A stretch of DNA of 64,000 nucleotides from positions 661,024 through 725,023 of the forward strand of contig JBNZDD010013687.1 of the NCBI GenBank assembly GCA_050575255.1, read 5' to 3'. Numbering within the stretch: position 1 is the stretch's first letter; each line of letters begins with the position of its first letter. The notes below the pieces were generated by a model, which did not search any database, was not told where the DNA came from, and saw only the letters and a program-made list of their open reading frames with translations. Positions 1-12,918 of this stretch are shown one piece after another. This stretch comes from Harriotta raleighana (taxonomy: Eukaryota). The position numbers were made by a program, and so were the translations under genes.

Positions 1-1232
1 ACCCATCACAGTGCTTGAGAGATTTCCAAGCTGAGATTTCCGTGCATCACTCCGACATATGGAATTCCCAGAGAAAGATTGTTGGAATGGAATGCACAGT
101 CTCTCCCTTGAGGGACGTATAACTGGGGAGGTGTGATTACCCAATTCCCAGAAGTTTTAGGCACAGGTTGGCAACAGCCAATGCTTGGGAACCATACAGC
201 GTGCGTTGGGGTACTGTCGGAATCTAACCAGCTACAATAGCATAGACTTGGATGATTTGTAGACTGAAGCAAAGCTTTCGCCTTCCTTTGTAGAGTTTGA
301 GAACTGAATGCAGCATTAACGTGCTGTCTCCCCAGCAGATGGCCTGCTAAATGTAAGCCAGGCCTGATTCCTACTTGCGGCGATATTCAAAATGGCAATG
401 GCCCACAGCCCAGGGGGTTACCTGACCAATGCTGAGTATCAGTAGTGGCATCTAGAATGATTTATTTACCCAAAAGTGACCTCCCATGACTGATGAACAA
501 AGCATTGAGGTAGGACATTACTGACAGATTAAAAGTTTCACTTTATTTTTTACCGCTTTCTGATCTGTTAATAAATACAGTACCATGGCTTTTATTCCAT
601 TTCTGTCTCCCACTTTGTTAGTGTGTCTCTGGAGGTATCAAGTCTTTTTGTTTAAGGATTATATAGTATTTCTCAATATAAATAATCTTACCCTAGAGAC
701 CGATGGTATTTACAGTGTGTGAAGTGCAATTGCACCCAATAAATTCTTCTTTTTTTTTAGTTCATTGGGAGTTCATGTGGATTTTAATCCAATATTCTCT
801 GTAATTTGACTGCCTTATGTTACATTGATTAACTAGCCTCTTGTGGAGTTATTATTTGACCTGGAAGAACCATTGCATGCCTCATTTACTGGCTATTTCC
901 TTGCAGCAGTAGCAGAATGAATCAACCTGTATTTGATCAGAAATGCTAGTCCGAGTTAATTAAGATGGTTGAAATATTCTATTTGGCTGACACTGATCGC
1001 ATAGCATGACCACTGAAAATAGGAACAGGTCAATTCACTACCGGTAACTTGGTTTTCTTCTGAATTTGTTAAGACTCTCAAGAACCTTGCCTCCTCCTTT
1101 ACCATCACTCGAACAAGCCTTTATTTGGAATGAGAATGATTTATTCCAACTGATTTTATGAGGGAATCTAGTTGCTCCAGACATTTCTTCCATTAAACAG
1201 TTTTGGTAATGAATGTTCAGTTTATGATATTT

Positions 1233-1396
1233 AACAACAACAAAAATAACAACAAAATTACACTTGTATACCACCTTTCATGTCAGGAGGACGTCACAAG
1301 GTGGACAGACAATGTTTCAGACCCGAGCTGGAGACAGAGATTGTGGAGGGAAAGGGAGGCAATTGGAGTGGCCAATGGAGCTGTCGAAGAGGAGTG
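1233..1396 (-). mobile_element. L2-clade LINE 3' end fragment
   Basis: (CAA)n tail followed by AAATTACACTTGTATACCACCTTTCATGTCAGGAGGACGTC, the same tail as the L2 copy at 61103, then purine-rich L2-like sequence. Confidence 0.7.
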
Positions 1397-1637
1397 ATAA
1401 ATCACTTACAAAGTGATAAACATAATTGTCAGTCTATAAATTCAGACTCAGTCTCTGTTGATCCTGAAACAACAAATCAGCACAGACCCAAATCCCATGG
1501 AACAGGATAACCCCAACTGTGAATTGCTCAAATGTACCGATAACACTTTTTTAATTTTGTGATACTTCCAAAGAGACAGCATCCTGAGAACTCACACAAC
1601 GCTCATTCATCTCAGGACCAAGCGTACAACAAAAGGT

Positions 1638-1935
1638 ACAACAACAACTTTGATTGATATGGCGCCCTCCACGCCGGACGGCGTCTCAGAGCGCTTCACA
1701 ATAGCAGATCCCAGGACTGGGGCAGAGGTAGAAAGGTGACCAAAGGCGAGGTCGAAGAGAAAGGACTTCAGCTGGGACCTGAAAGTGGGAAAAGAGGGGC
1801 GAGGTGAAGGGAGAGAAGAAGGAAATTCCAGAGTCTTGAGGGTGGAGTGGAGGATTCGGGGGATATAGAGGAGGCCAGACCCGGTGGAGCGAAGGCAACT
1901 GGTTTGAGGAGAGAGGAGGTCAGAGAGGTAGGTAC
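1638..1935 (-). mobile_element. L2-clade LINE 3' fragment (ORF2 C-terminus and 3' UTR)
   Basis: Minus-strand translation ...PSFPTFRSQLKSFLFDLAFGH resembles the L2 ORF2 C-terminus (FK..LKTHLF..AF); degenerate (CAA)n tail. Confidence 0.75.
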
Positions 1936-3138
1936 CTTTTCTGTAAGGGCACCATTCCATGCTGCTTGGATCACTTTGATCATAGGCAGTAATACAACTT
2001 GTATCAAGAAAAATCTTCTCACTTATCGTACACATTCTGTTATTCATGCATAAAGTCAGCAAGAAAGATGTAAGGAGAGATAGCATCAGGTTGGTGGAGG
2101 TCAGTAGTTATGGGGAGGGAATGTTGATGTTTTTAAGCCTTCAGTGCAGCCAAACAAAATGCAGCTGGCCCTTTAAAAGCATTTTTGCTGAATAGTGAGC
2201 ATTCAAAGCGGTCATTATCACCTCAGTGGGGAGTTTGCAGTGATTCACTGGTTCTGGGAAAAACTATAAAGAAAAAAGTCTGTTTAGAGGAAGTTGGTGT
2301 AGCACCTGCGTTTGCCACTGTCATGGAGAGTTCATAATGTGTAGAAGGATCTGATTTTAGATGTGACTTTCAACTAAAACGTGGGGAGAAGTGTCTATGG
2401 AATGATGTTGTGACATCGGAAATACAGTATTACTGATCTGTCCTGACTTCACTAACTTGGGCATGTGCCTTGCATGTGATTTTTCTGGCCATTTGTATCT
2501 ATTTAAAATGCATGTAATAGAAAGTACAGCTTAGTTCAATTTTCTTTCCTCCTCCCCGTGGGAGAAGGGTATGTAAGGACATCTTAACATTTCTGAACAC
2601 AATTATTTGATCATTTTTTGTAACTAAACGTCTGAAATTTTGGATGGAAAAGAAACGTACTGTTTGTTATATGAATATATATATATAAAAAAAAGTGCAG
2701 ATCAGACTTTTTGGCTGACTGCTCCATTGTGGAACGCATACATTATAATGTGAAAAATCACAACCATAAGGCTCCATGCGACTGCCAACAATGTGTGGGA
2801 TTTATATGAGCAAGACTGCCTCGGTGGGCCTTATCTCATCATGTTCATCAATGACATATGCTCCAGTAGATGAGCTTCCATATTGTATTCCAACTATCCT
2901 CGGCATGACTTTAGTTATTTCTTGTTGCGAATAATACTCTAATTTTCTCGTCCTCAGCCAGTAAAGTTTACACCACTTTCCAATATTTTTTAGGCTGTTA
3001 AGTAGCTTGTCAGGAATTTGCAATTATTGATATGATGGGTGATGGCAACTTTATACTTCTGAAGCCAATGCCAAAGAGCTCATCTAAATGAAGATGCCTT
3101 TGGTATAGGTTGATATGTAACTGTTTCCTCTTCTGCAG

Positions 3139-3298
3139 ATGGGCTGCTCCAGGCCAGTGCCAAGTGCGGGAAATTGGTTCAATTACTCTTGTCTGTTTTG
3201 AAAGTGTCAGGTATCCAAGTAGTAGTCAAGAAACAGCCCCCCTCCACAACCCCCCTCCCCACCCCCACCACCAACCACGAACATTTGCACTAGTCTAG
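3139..3298 (+). other. Candidate exon of unknown transcript, possibly non-coding
   Basis: Polypyrimidine acceptor tttcctcttctgcAG at 3137-38; consensus donor TAG|GTAAGT after 3298; weaker donor CAG|GTATCC after 3210. Confidence 0.3.
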
Positions 3299-3412
3299 GT
3301 AAGTCAGTGTTCAATCAGTATGACATAAATCTAGAAATAGTCAATCGAGAACACTTATATTGTTTGCCACCACTGCTCTGTGTATGAATTTTTTGGGACA
3401 AACCAAAAATTG

Positions 3413-3845
3413 ATACCTTTCCAATGCAGGTATGGGTAGAGCGAAGGGAGTCATGAGAACAAAGCATGTTCAAACCATAGTACTGCTGTCAATAGCAGGC
3501 ATGGCTAAGAACCAGCATAACCCAGAGGAAATTGTAACTACAAGAATTCATAACTGGTCACTTCAGCACTTGGCCTTGACGAACAGTTGGTTAAGAAAGA
3601 GCTACGCTCCATAAACAATATGTGATATGTGCTATACCTTGGAGACAATCTCAATCTTTTTACCATTTTTTAGTATTCTTCCATTTGGAAAACAAACGTA
3701 AATCGTATAAGTCTGCCCCAAAGGGTAGACACCTATTTGAAAAGAAGAAAAAGTCATTTTAATATTGACAGCAGTACTATAGTTTGAACATGCTTTTTTT
3801 CTCATGACTCCCTTCGCTCTACGCATACTTGCATTGGAAAGGTAT
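3413..3845. repeat. Inverted repeat IR1: arms 3413-3494 and 3763-3845, spacer about 268 bp
   Basis: ATACCTTTCCAATGCAGGTATGGGTAGAGCGAAGGGAGTCATGAG... matches the reverse complement of the right arm with about 4 substitutions and 1 indel; also visible as mirrored ORFs MGRAKGVMR/MRRAKGVMR. Confidence 0.95.
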
Positions 3846-4047
3846 GTTTAACATTAAAACTTGTATAATGAGGGCTCCCAAACTGCGGAAAAAAGAGTTG
3901 GGGTGTGACATGGATCAACCATGACAAGCTCATTGGCAGAATGCCTCATTGTTGGATACTTGCCATCTTGAAAAAAGACAAGCTGAACTGTAACCAATTT
4001 CAGTGTAACTGCATTTAAATACTTGGCATCTTTTCTCTATTTGACAG

Positions 4048-4135
4048 GGTCAGGAAGATGCATCGTCAAAGATGTTAGCAGTGGCAGGGAGGAGAAGTTC
4101 TCTTCTTCGTTGTATCCTGTCCTTAATCCACAAGG
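4048..4135 (+). other. Candidate exon (88 nt)
   Basis: Acceptor cttttctctatttgacAG and donor AGG|GTGAGG. Confidence 0.3.
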
Positions 4136-5594
4136 GTGAGGGTTTTAATACCAACCTTACTTACGCACAGTCACTAAATTTTATCAAAACTTTTCAAGTG
4201 CTTTGAGCCATTCTCCATATTAGAGGCGAGATGTAAAATGCAAGGATTATTATTATTATTGTTACTGCTAGGATAGGTTTCAATGGCTATACTGAATCTG
4301 TTGCTTCATAATGAAGAATAAAGAACACAGATGTAAGGTCACCACGTATACCTTGGAGACAATCATACCTAAGTACGAATGGAACTCTACTTGGAAAATG
4401 TGATTTAGCAAGTTTCAAAACTATGCAGTGGTTACTTCTAATATTACTCACTTTCTATGATAGGTCAGCTTGATGTCCAGTGGCAGATAAAGTTTGATTC
4501 CGTTTTAGCCAATTTAGCTCAAAGCACTCATCACATCCACAAGAATGTCCTGAAATTAATTCTGAAATTGATGGGGCAGACAGTTACATAACATTGAACC
4601 AGAATTTTTGATGGAAAGATATGCTCAAAATGAGTACAGTTTTTGGCTTAAGATGGAGATCTGAATTGTCCCTTTGTGTTTATCAACAGCTTTGGCCCTC
4701 ACATGGAATCTACCGACCACCTGTAAATTGTCTTAATTAAAAGTTGCTGAAATCTGGCCTTTTAGCTGCCACTTATTTTGCAGAAAATAGTCCAGACTTA
4801 TGGGCATCCTTGAGTGCACAGGACAATGCCAGGTTCCAGGGCCAATAAATAGATGATCTGAGACTTTTTGGAGCAAAAAAAAGATTTCTAATGCGGTCTG
4901 TGCACGTAGGAGTGTGTCTGAGTGTGCACCTGGGTTCACAGCACAGCAATTGAATGCTGTATATTTTCAAGCAAGACCTCAATGCAGAAAATTAAAATGA
5001 ATTGTCAAAGGTGTGATATACTCTTAAATTCATACATCTATGCTGCCACCCAACAGAAAATAGTTAAAGGAAAGTTTACTTCTGCCAGGATATTTGTAGT
5101 TATGGATCTTGGATTCAATGTTCAAGGACTAGGAAGATTTCACACTCACATTGATGCATAGGATTGTGCTTGCCTGTAAAGCTTCCTTGATCAAAAGGGA
5201 TTATCTTAGATAGACTCACACATGAACAATGGCACGCCGGGTGAATTACTGGAGGTTTGCAAGTACCCATACATCCATACCTCGACTTGTATTTCTCATT
5301 CCACACTTTATGATTTGATTAGTCATAACTTTCACAAGAGAAGGGAAATAACTGAGGAGTTCTCAATGGAACCCGTTCAACCCTTTGCTTTCTGCATTGT
5401 TAAACTCCATCATTATTATTCAGCCCTTGCTATAAATAACCTGCTGACCTTTCCATGACAGCTTGCAGAAGTAATTTATTCCTGGAAGGCTGCAATGAAT
5501 TTCTCAACCCAGTCTCAAATGTCTGCCCAGATTCTGTCTTTCCTTTAGTTATGCTGCGTAGATGAAGTCTTTCTCTAGCTCATACTGGCTCTAG

Positions 5595-5830
5595 GTCTGT
5601 CTCAGTTGGTAGTAGTTCACCTATGAATGGTTCAAGCCTCACATCTGGATTTGAGCTTCTCGTCTAGGCCCTTTACTTCCACTGCACTATACTGCATTGT
5701 TGGAGCTGATGTTATTCAGACAAGATGTTAAACTGATGTCCTGTCTGCCTATTCAGATGGATGCTAAAGTTCTCATGCACTTCCCAAAAAGGAGAAGGTT
5801 CTTCCTCCCGGTGTCTTGGCCAACAATCCG
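5595..5830 (+). mobile_element. Old DeuSINE/SacSINE-like SINE, degenerate
   Basis: tRNA-like head (CTCAGTTGGTAG...GGTTCAAGCC) followed by a Deu-domain-like core AGATGTTAAACTGATGTCCTGTCTGCC...CCCGGTGTCTTGGCCAACAAT. Confidence 0.65.
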
Positions 5831-6972
5831 CAATAACTTCAATTAATTCCCATTGACGCATGGAAGTAGACCATATCAGAATGGAATTCAAGAATGGTTG
5901 GCTTGCTGTATTTCCATTTACTGGAAGAGACAAAGTTGGTGAAATTTAGTTTCTTTATTATAGATAAATACCCCAAATGAGATCACACTCAACATTATTT
6001 TTATACCCCAATGTATTGACTTAACATTTAATATCCTGCAATCGTCATCTGTCCTTTTCTTCACTTGAATCACAGTTCCTTTTGCTATTGTACATTCAAT
6101 TGTTCCTCCATTGAATGTGCCTTGAGTTCTAGCAATCTGTTTTGTTATTCTCCTAGCTTGAACATAAAATGGATTCTTTCTTTACTCCTTGTAACTCTAT
6201 ACAGCTTTCCTGCTCCTCCTCATCATATTCATATTCCAATCAGCTTTCCTTCAATTCATATTTTTACCAGTCCCGCCACTTCCGCTCTAGTTTGAAAAAC
6301 TATTGTTTGTTTCTCTGAAGTGATAATTAAATATCACTTAGATTATTGCTGGTAGCAGGGAGTCAAAAGGACTAAGAAGATTAACTCCTCTCCAGAAGTC
6401 GATTGCATGTCACAATGCCATGCGGTCAAAAAGCATGTGGCTGGAATGTTTGTCCCCAGGGTTACACCAAGAAAAAATAAACCAGTGTCCAAGTTCTGGG
6501 AAAGACTTTCTTAGACGTTCTGTTATGTAGGAAGAAACCTAATGCCACGACCTTTTGATGTAGTGGAGAAATATTTATGTGCACGTCTAGTCTCGCACTG
6601 CCCTCAATGTGTGGGTTGTTCTTATAAACTGAGCCCTTCGTGAGACAGGTTAATTTACTACTGATCCCTTTCTGTTGCTTCTGCGTAAATTATTCAGGTG
6701 CATGCTTGAACCATTTCTGACTTGAACAGGATCTGCTGTGTGGTAAGCAGCAATTTACATGTCAGACTGTAACATTTGGCAGAGTTAATAATCTGCCCAC
6801 TATCCTCATCTTTTCTGTGGTGTTGGAGAGTTTGGACTGCTTGTACAGTATTAGCTGTATCATGCGAGCTTTGGACTCATGCCGAGAATCCCAGGCTCAA
6901 TAGGCAGTCACACTCACATTTTGCCCTAATGAGCACGTTTCATCAGACTTGGCCAGCCAGGTCATCTGTGAA

Positions 6973-7002
6973 ACACACACAGAGAGAGAGAGAGAGAGAG
7001 AG
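6973..7002. repeat. Compound (AC)n(AG)n microsatellite
   Basis: acacacacagagagagagagagagagagag. Confidence 0.95.
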
Positions 7003-7709
7003 GTTGCGGGGCACGAGTAAATCAAGTCAGGTATCAGCCTGACTTCTGAATTTCAGAAAACAGTAATGGGATCACCTAGATATCTGTACAATCTGCTTTC
7101 CCAAGCTGTGAGAAATAAGAATAACGGTTTTACAAAATATTAGCAGTTAATAGATAGATTGAAAGATTAATGCAGACACATTGTGATATTGGACAAATTG
7201 TACAAGCCCGAATTTTCAGCAAGCCACAACAGTACAAAGGCTGTCTGTACCAGACTGTCTTTCATTTTTTATGCAGATGGGTAGTTGCTAAAGTTGATGT
7301 AAATTTTGTCATCTACAATAAGATCATAACACCATGATGAAGGGCTTCCAACTTTCTCAGGGAGAGTATGGCTTTCCTTCTTGTTTTTCCTCTCGATCTA
7401 AATGAGTAATATATAAGGAGTGGGCAGTGCTCTTAACATGGACAAGATATCTCTGGAGTAAAAAGCAAATGTAATTGAAGAGAGAAGTCAAGAAATATCT
7501 GAAATAAACATATGTTCACTGCGAAATATAAAGAAAGGCTCAATGCTCATGCTACATCTTTTGGCAGGTCACCAAAGCATCAACCCCAGCCTCTACATTC
7601 TCTGGTTTGGTGGTCACACGACTGCTCAAGGTTATGTTTAATATATTGAAGTTGCAGTGACCTGAAAATCATAAATAACTTTCACTTACTTTATGACATA
7701 TTTATGGAA

Positions 7710-7832
7710 GATTGCAAATTGGCCGCTGCGTATACCCACAAGATAGTCACTCTACTTTACAGTATATCCTCTGAAGTGCTTGGAGACATCCGCCTGACAT
7801 GAATGGGCTATATGAAATGTAAGAATTGTTTA
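7710..7832 (+). mobile_element. SINE 3' tail remnant
   Basis: GCAAATTGGCCGCTGCG...CTTTACAGTATATCCTCTGAAGTGCTTGGAGACATCC matches the SINE 3' half. Confidence 0.65.
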
Positions 7833-8925
7833 TTGATTTTTCTACTCTGTTCTATTCATCTTTCTGCCATAGGTTGCATTACATTTCATCTGTCTGGGTG
7901 ACAAGGTAGTGTCCACTTTCTCACATATCTTCCATTGAAAAAGCAAACACTATATCACCCTATTTATAGGTTAGAAATTTTAAAGAAGACAGAAATGAGA
8001 AAGGCTATTCACCTCCTCTGCCCCCTTCCTCTCCTCCACCCATCAAACAAGCACCTATCTAATATGTAAAAACTCTCTGAAGGCTAATAAATGGCCATCA
8101 TTTTCAGAAGACATAATCATTGCCGGTGTGTTGAGAAACATTGCTCCATTGACAACTAGGAAATAATAACATCTACTATATAGTTTTCATGCATTCTGAG
8201 CCTTTAAGTGTTATCAATACCAATTAAATAAAATATGATTGTAAAGCACAAAGTTGGTCAGCTTTTCATAATATACTGTAACTATTTTCTGTCCATGTAT
8301 TGTGATACAGACAGTTTGAATGCTCCTTTTGGCAGTACTTATGGTAAACCCAGCTATTAGCTGTCAGAAAGCGCATATTATAATAGCTGTAATGGTTGAT
8401 TAAGGGGAACGTTATGTATAATAACAACCCAGCTGCTTTTTTTTAACCATCAATTTCTGTACCGAGAGTTGTGGCTGTTGCACTTGTCACTGTAAAGCAT
8501 TTTGAAAGATCTTTCTATCTTAATAGAGCTGATTTTCACTTTGTGAATTCGTTTGAATTTTGTCATATGAATGGGCAAAGAAGGGTGTAAATCTAGAATT
8601 AAAAATTGATAGAAAGCAAGACTCCCATTTGATGATGAAAGTAGCTACTGAGATGTAAGAACATTAGAAAGCAGGGAACAAGAAAAAGCCATTAAGCACA
8701 TCAAACCCACTGCTTGCACACAAAACCCAGCTGATCAATGATTTCATTTCAGATGGTTCATCTCCAAGGAAAATATTGCATAAGCTCCCCACCTTACCCA
8801 GGTAAGCAATTATAAGATCCAGAATAGTCAAGCTTCCTCATCTCTTACCTCCCATAGCCTCCTTCCCCACACTGACCTTGTACTGCCAGCCCTAGTAGAA
8901 CAAGTATTCTTGCGTCTCATAGGGT

Positions 8926-9360
8926 ATATTTGTTGCATCTTGTCTCCAGTTACAAGCATGCTCATTCTCAAGTTTAGAGGTCTACAAATAATCAGAGATA
9001 CATTTCAAAAGACCAGGGTATTATTCAGTTTGTTCCTTGATCCTCCAATGTTCTTCAGTAAATAATTGAGGTGTTTTTTTTTGGCCATAATCGATCCTGT
9101 GTAAATCCTGTTTGGATTCTATTTCACACATCTATTATTCAAATATTGTGCTGCTTGAGTCTTTTTAATTTTAAACCTCCGAACGTGAAAGGCATTACCT
9201 TGAGTTCTGCTCTCACAGTCTCCAGTTAAACTGAATAGGTTTCCATATGGCTAGAGGCTATGTAAGTTCAAGCTCTTTTGAAATGCATCTCTGATTGTTG
9301 GTAGACTGCTAAACTTGAGAATGAGCATGCTTGTAACTGGAGATAAGATGCAACAAATAT
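8926..9360. repeat. Inverted repeat IR2: arms 8926-9012 and 9274-9360, spacer about 261 bp
   Basis: ATATTTGTTGCATCTTGTCTCCAGTTACAAGCATGCTCATTCTCAAGTTTAG...CATTTCAAAAGA versus reverse complement: 6 mismatches in 87 bp. Confidence 0.95.
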
Positions 9361-9910
9361 TTTTCAGTCATCACCAACTACAGTTTAATGTGTGGAAAGG
9401 AAATCTGACTGACATTGTTTGGTAATTAACAGACAGCATGACAATTGAATAACAGGATACGTATTCTGATGTATTGCCCTTTCAATTGTATCGGTAGAGT
9501 CATTGCAGAGTCTGTGAAGCACGTGATTACCCAGTTGAAAGAGCAGTCGAGTTCTTTCTGATGCTCATCCTCTCTGCAATTTCTCTCTTTAGTTTTTGCT
9601 CAAATATGGAAGCACGGAAGAACAGTATAAAGTGACTCATCTGTTAGTCGTACCTATCACTTACTTTGGCAGCATTTTGCTATCCCCTCGAGGGTCCAGC
9701 TGAGGTTGGGAGTTCCCAACAAGCAAAACCATGGATATGGTTTAAACCAGTAATAGTCAATCTTTATAATTGGCCAACAACAGTATATTTCTATTCTGAA
9801 ATCAGTTATGTTCTCTTTCAAAGCAATGCTAGTGTGGAATAGAAATGTTCAAACACAGAATACACAGTCATCACTTTACCAGTAAAAATCCTATGATACA
9901 CTTTGGGATA

Positions 9911-10198
9911 ACAATAATAATCCTTGCATTTGATATCGCGCTTTTCACGTCTTCTAGATTTCTCGAAGTGCTGCGTGGAATATATTGTAAAGTGAATTGA
10001 CTGTATATTTGTGGGTGAAACAGCAGTGTCCCACAAACAGTTGTGTATTAAAAGGACCAATTTCTATTGTATTTTTTGAGAGATTATTATCAGGCGTGTG
10101 GAGTAACAAAACATGCCCATGGTTTCGCCCCGCCTGGAATTCAAACCCAGATCTTTAGCCTGCAAGGTGACTGCTCTAACCACTGAGCTACAGGACTC
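9911..10198 (-). mobile_element. tRNA-derived SINE, young family, near full length
   Basis: Reverse complement starts GAGTCCTGTAGCTCAGTGGTTAGAGCA (A box), has a B-box-like GGTTTGAATTCC, and ends TATCAAATGCAAGGATTATT; homologous to 12090-12418. Confidence 0.92.
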
Positions 10199-12089
10199 CA
10201 CAATATCCTCCGAACATGAAAGGCATCATACCAAATATGAAGATTATTGTAATTATTTCCTGTTAACACCAGCCAGTCTTGACACTGTGTAATAAAAACT
10301 GATTTGGTACCTATGATGTCTGCTTACGTTGTTATGGGCCTCCCACAGGATTTGACAGGATTGCTGAGCCTCTCACAACCTGCCGAGCCTTTCATGTGAT
10401 ACCAAAGGGATTTGACTGCAGAGATTAGCACTCTCTTAGGTGATGATTGGGTTGTTCTGTAGTCTGCTGTGTAATACCAGAAGGCCAAAAGAGGCAGAGG
10501 TTAGTCAGAATGTATTGTATGATCTTGAGGAGTCCTGACATTAGGAAGCACCTCCTGCAATTCAGTTGACCACATCTGTCAATCCAGCCTATCCAAGTGG
10601 CCAAACTACAACACTGCTATTAAATGCAAGGTTAGACATATTATTGTGTATACAACGCTAAAGGTTTTACTCCTATGTTAAATATAAGGAGTCATTGTAA
10701 ACAAAGGAGCAAGGGAGCACTTGGAAGGGTTTTGTAATCTGTCAATGTCAGTCCCATGCAAGTGTTTGGTTCCAGAATTATTTTCAGGTCAGGATATTTG
10801 GCACCTGAATTGTATCGTCCATGCCTCCTTGTCTTTCTCCTGTTGAGTGATGCAGGGTGGATTTCTCCTCCTATTCCAGACGAACGGGGAAGGAATCTGT
10901 CCAAGAGAGCAGATTAAAAGTTACAAAGCCCGGAGAAGCGTCAGCGAAAGGCAAGGAAAAGATTAAAAGATGTTAATAAGGTGTCGATTTTAAAAAGGAC
11001 TCGATTTAAAATTGGATTACCGGGCAAGACTTGTGTCTGCCAAACAGTTGACCAAAATCTGTGAAAACATTGTGGTGAAAGAATTCCACTAATCAGCATA
11101 GACCTGAGGATTGTCAATATACATTTTGCGAGCCAAACCTCACCTTAGTCAACACAATTAGACTTTTCTAAGAATATCGTTCGAACTTTACAAATGCAAT
11201 AATTGGTTGGTTTCTCTGCTGGCCCAGTAACTGTACACTCGAGCAATGTTGAGACAGGACATGGCAGTATTTAAATTTAATGAATATATAAAATATCTCA
11301 ATGCAAGCTTTTATAATGAAGTAGTCCTGATAGATTGGGCAAAATTCATGGTTTTCCTTAACATACTCCTTAATTCCTCAACGTACTCCTGTTAATTAGG
11401 GCAAGGAACACTTTAAGGATTACCTGCAGTTCACCTTAATGATTTATTCAATCTTTTAACCATTAGATTCTCCATAACCAAGTAGAGGGAAAAGCAAAAT
11501 GAAGTTGCTCTCCATTATGCAGCCTAGGATTGTAATTGTTCTTTAAAAAAATGTGGGTCTTAGTGGAGTTTAACTAAATGCACTTAATAATCCTCCATTT
11601 CTAATTAAATTGTGGTTTAATAGAAGGTAACTGGATTCAATGATTGAGTTTTTATTGTACTGTAGTATCTATTTTACTGGATGGGGCTTGTTTGTCTGTG
11701 GCTTAGGGCATAAACTGACTGTACATAGCTTGCTGGAAAGAAGATAAGTCAGGAACGCTCCCGTTCAAAGCAAACTCTAATATCGTCTGAACTGTATTTG
11801 TTAATCTCAAAGCTGTTCCCACTGATTGGCAGGTCATGCATGCCCAGAGCTCTTTAACTTCAACATATGATACAGTTGAGGTAAAAAAAATATCTGGCAG
11901 CAAGTTACAGGAGGTAATTCATCTGAATGATTTTGATAAAGTCATAAAGCACTAGAGCAGAATTTGAGCACAGTTGCCATTAGCAGGATCCACAATCAAA
12001 TTATACTCCCTCACAGACTTTTTTTTCTTGATATTTAGGAATTATTCTCTTTTTTTTAAAAGGTTTAATTTCAAAGCCTGTAGAAGAGG

Positions 12090-12418
12090 AGCTCCTGTGG
12101 CTTAATGGTTAGAGCACTCGCCTTGCAAGCATGAGACCTGTGTTCGAATCCAGGCAGTTCAGGGCGAAACCTTGGGCAAGTTTCCTTACTCCACATGCCT
12201 AATAATAATCCCTCCAAAAAACCATAATAATAAAATTGGTCATTTCAATCCATGACTGTTTGTGGGACACTGCTGTGCGCAATTAGCTGCCGCATTCTGC
12301 CCACAAAAATACAGTCAAAATCACTTTACAGTATATTCTGTGAAGCGCTTTGGGACGTCGATAAGATGTGAAAAGCGCTATATCAAATGCAAGGATTATT
12401 ATTATTATTATTATTATT
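12090..12418 (+). mobile_element. tRNA-derived SINE, full length, (ATT)n tail, probable 6-bp TSD
   Basis: A box TGGCTTAATGG, anticodon-loop-like TTGCAA, B box GTTCGAATCC, body ...TGTGGGACACTGCTGTGCGCAATTAGCTGCC..., (ATT)8 tail; AAGAGG at 12084-89 and 12419-24. Confidence 0.95.
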
Positions 12419-12878
12419 AAGAGGTGTCAAGAAATCAGAGGAGGGAGGCAATTAAGATAATAATGATGCCAGGAGGCAATTTCATTTTGTGTGCTGTTTG
12501 ATGCATGTACTATACATAATTGATTTTTGCTTAAATAGTTTAATTTTAATGTTAGCTGTGTGGCTCACAAATTGTCCAGAATGTATGATGATGGTCAGGG
12601 ATATCGTAGAGTCAGATGTCTTTCATACTTTTACTGTTATAGTTTTTGAGAAGTGTTAGTGAAAATAAACAATGCTGCTTCATGGAAAGAGCACTACATG
12701 TGTCCTGCTGTACAATATTTGTAGAGTGAAGAAAACTGTCTGCATACCATGTGAGTGAAAATCTTTTGACTAATCCACAGGTCAGATCCGAGAGTTATTC
12801 AAATATTGCCTCGCACTATGTTCTACTCTTTTTTTTTCTTCTGTGTTCTTTTTTCCCCTTTCCTCCTGCCCCCTTCAC

Positions 12879-12918
12879 CACACACATGCACGCATACACA
12901 CACACATGCACACACACA
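12879..12918. repeat. Imperfect (CA)n microsatellite
   Basis: cacacacatgcacgcatacacacacacatgcacacacaca. Confidence 0.85.

Noticed and set aside
1607-2086. Longest ORF (159 aa) as a host gene
   Set aside because: It is largely a decayed L2 ORF2 terminus.
12090-12160. tRNA gene (Ala/Val-like)
   Set aside because: The head continues into a SINE body and tail in five copies and lacks a proper acceptor stem.
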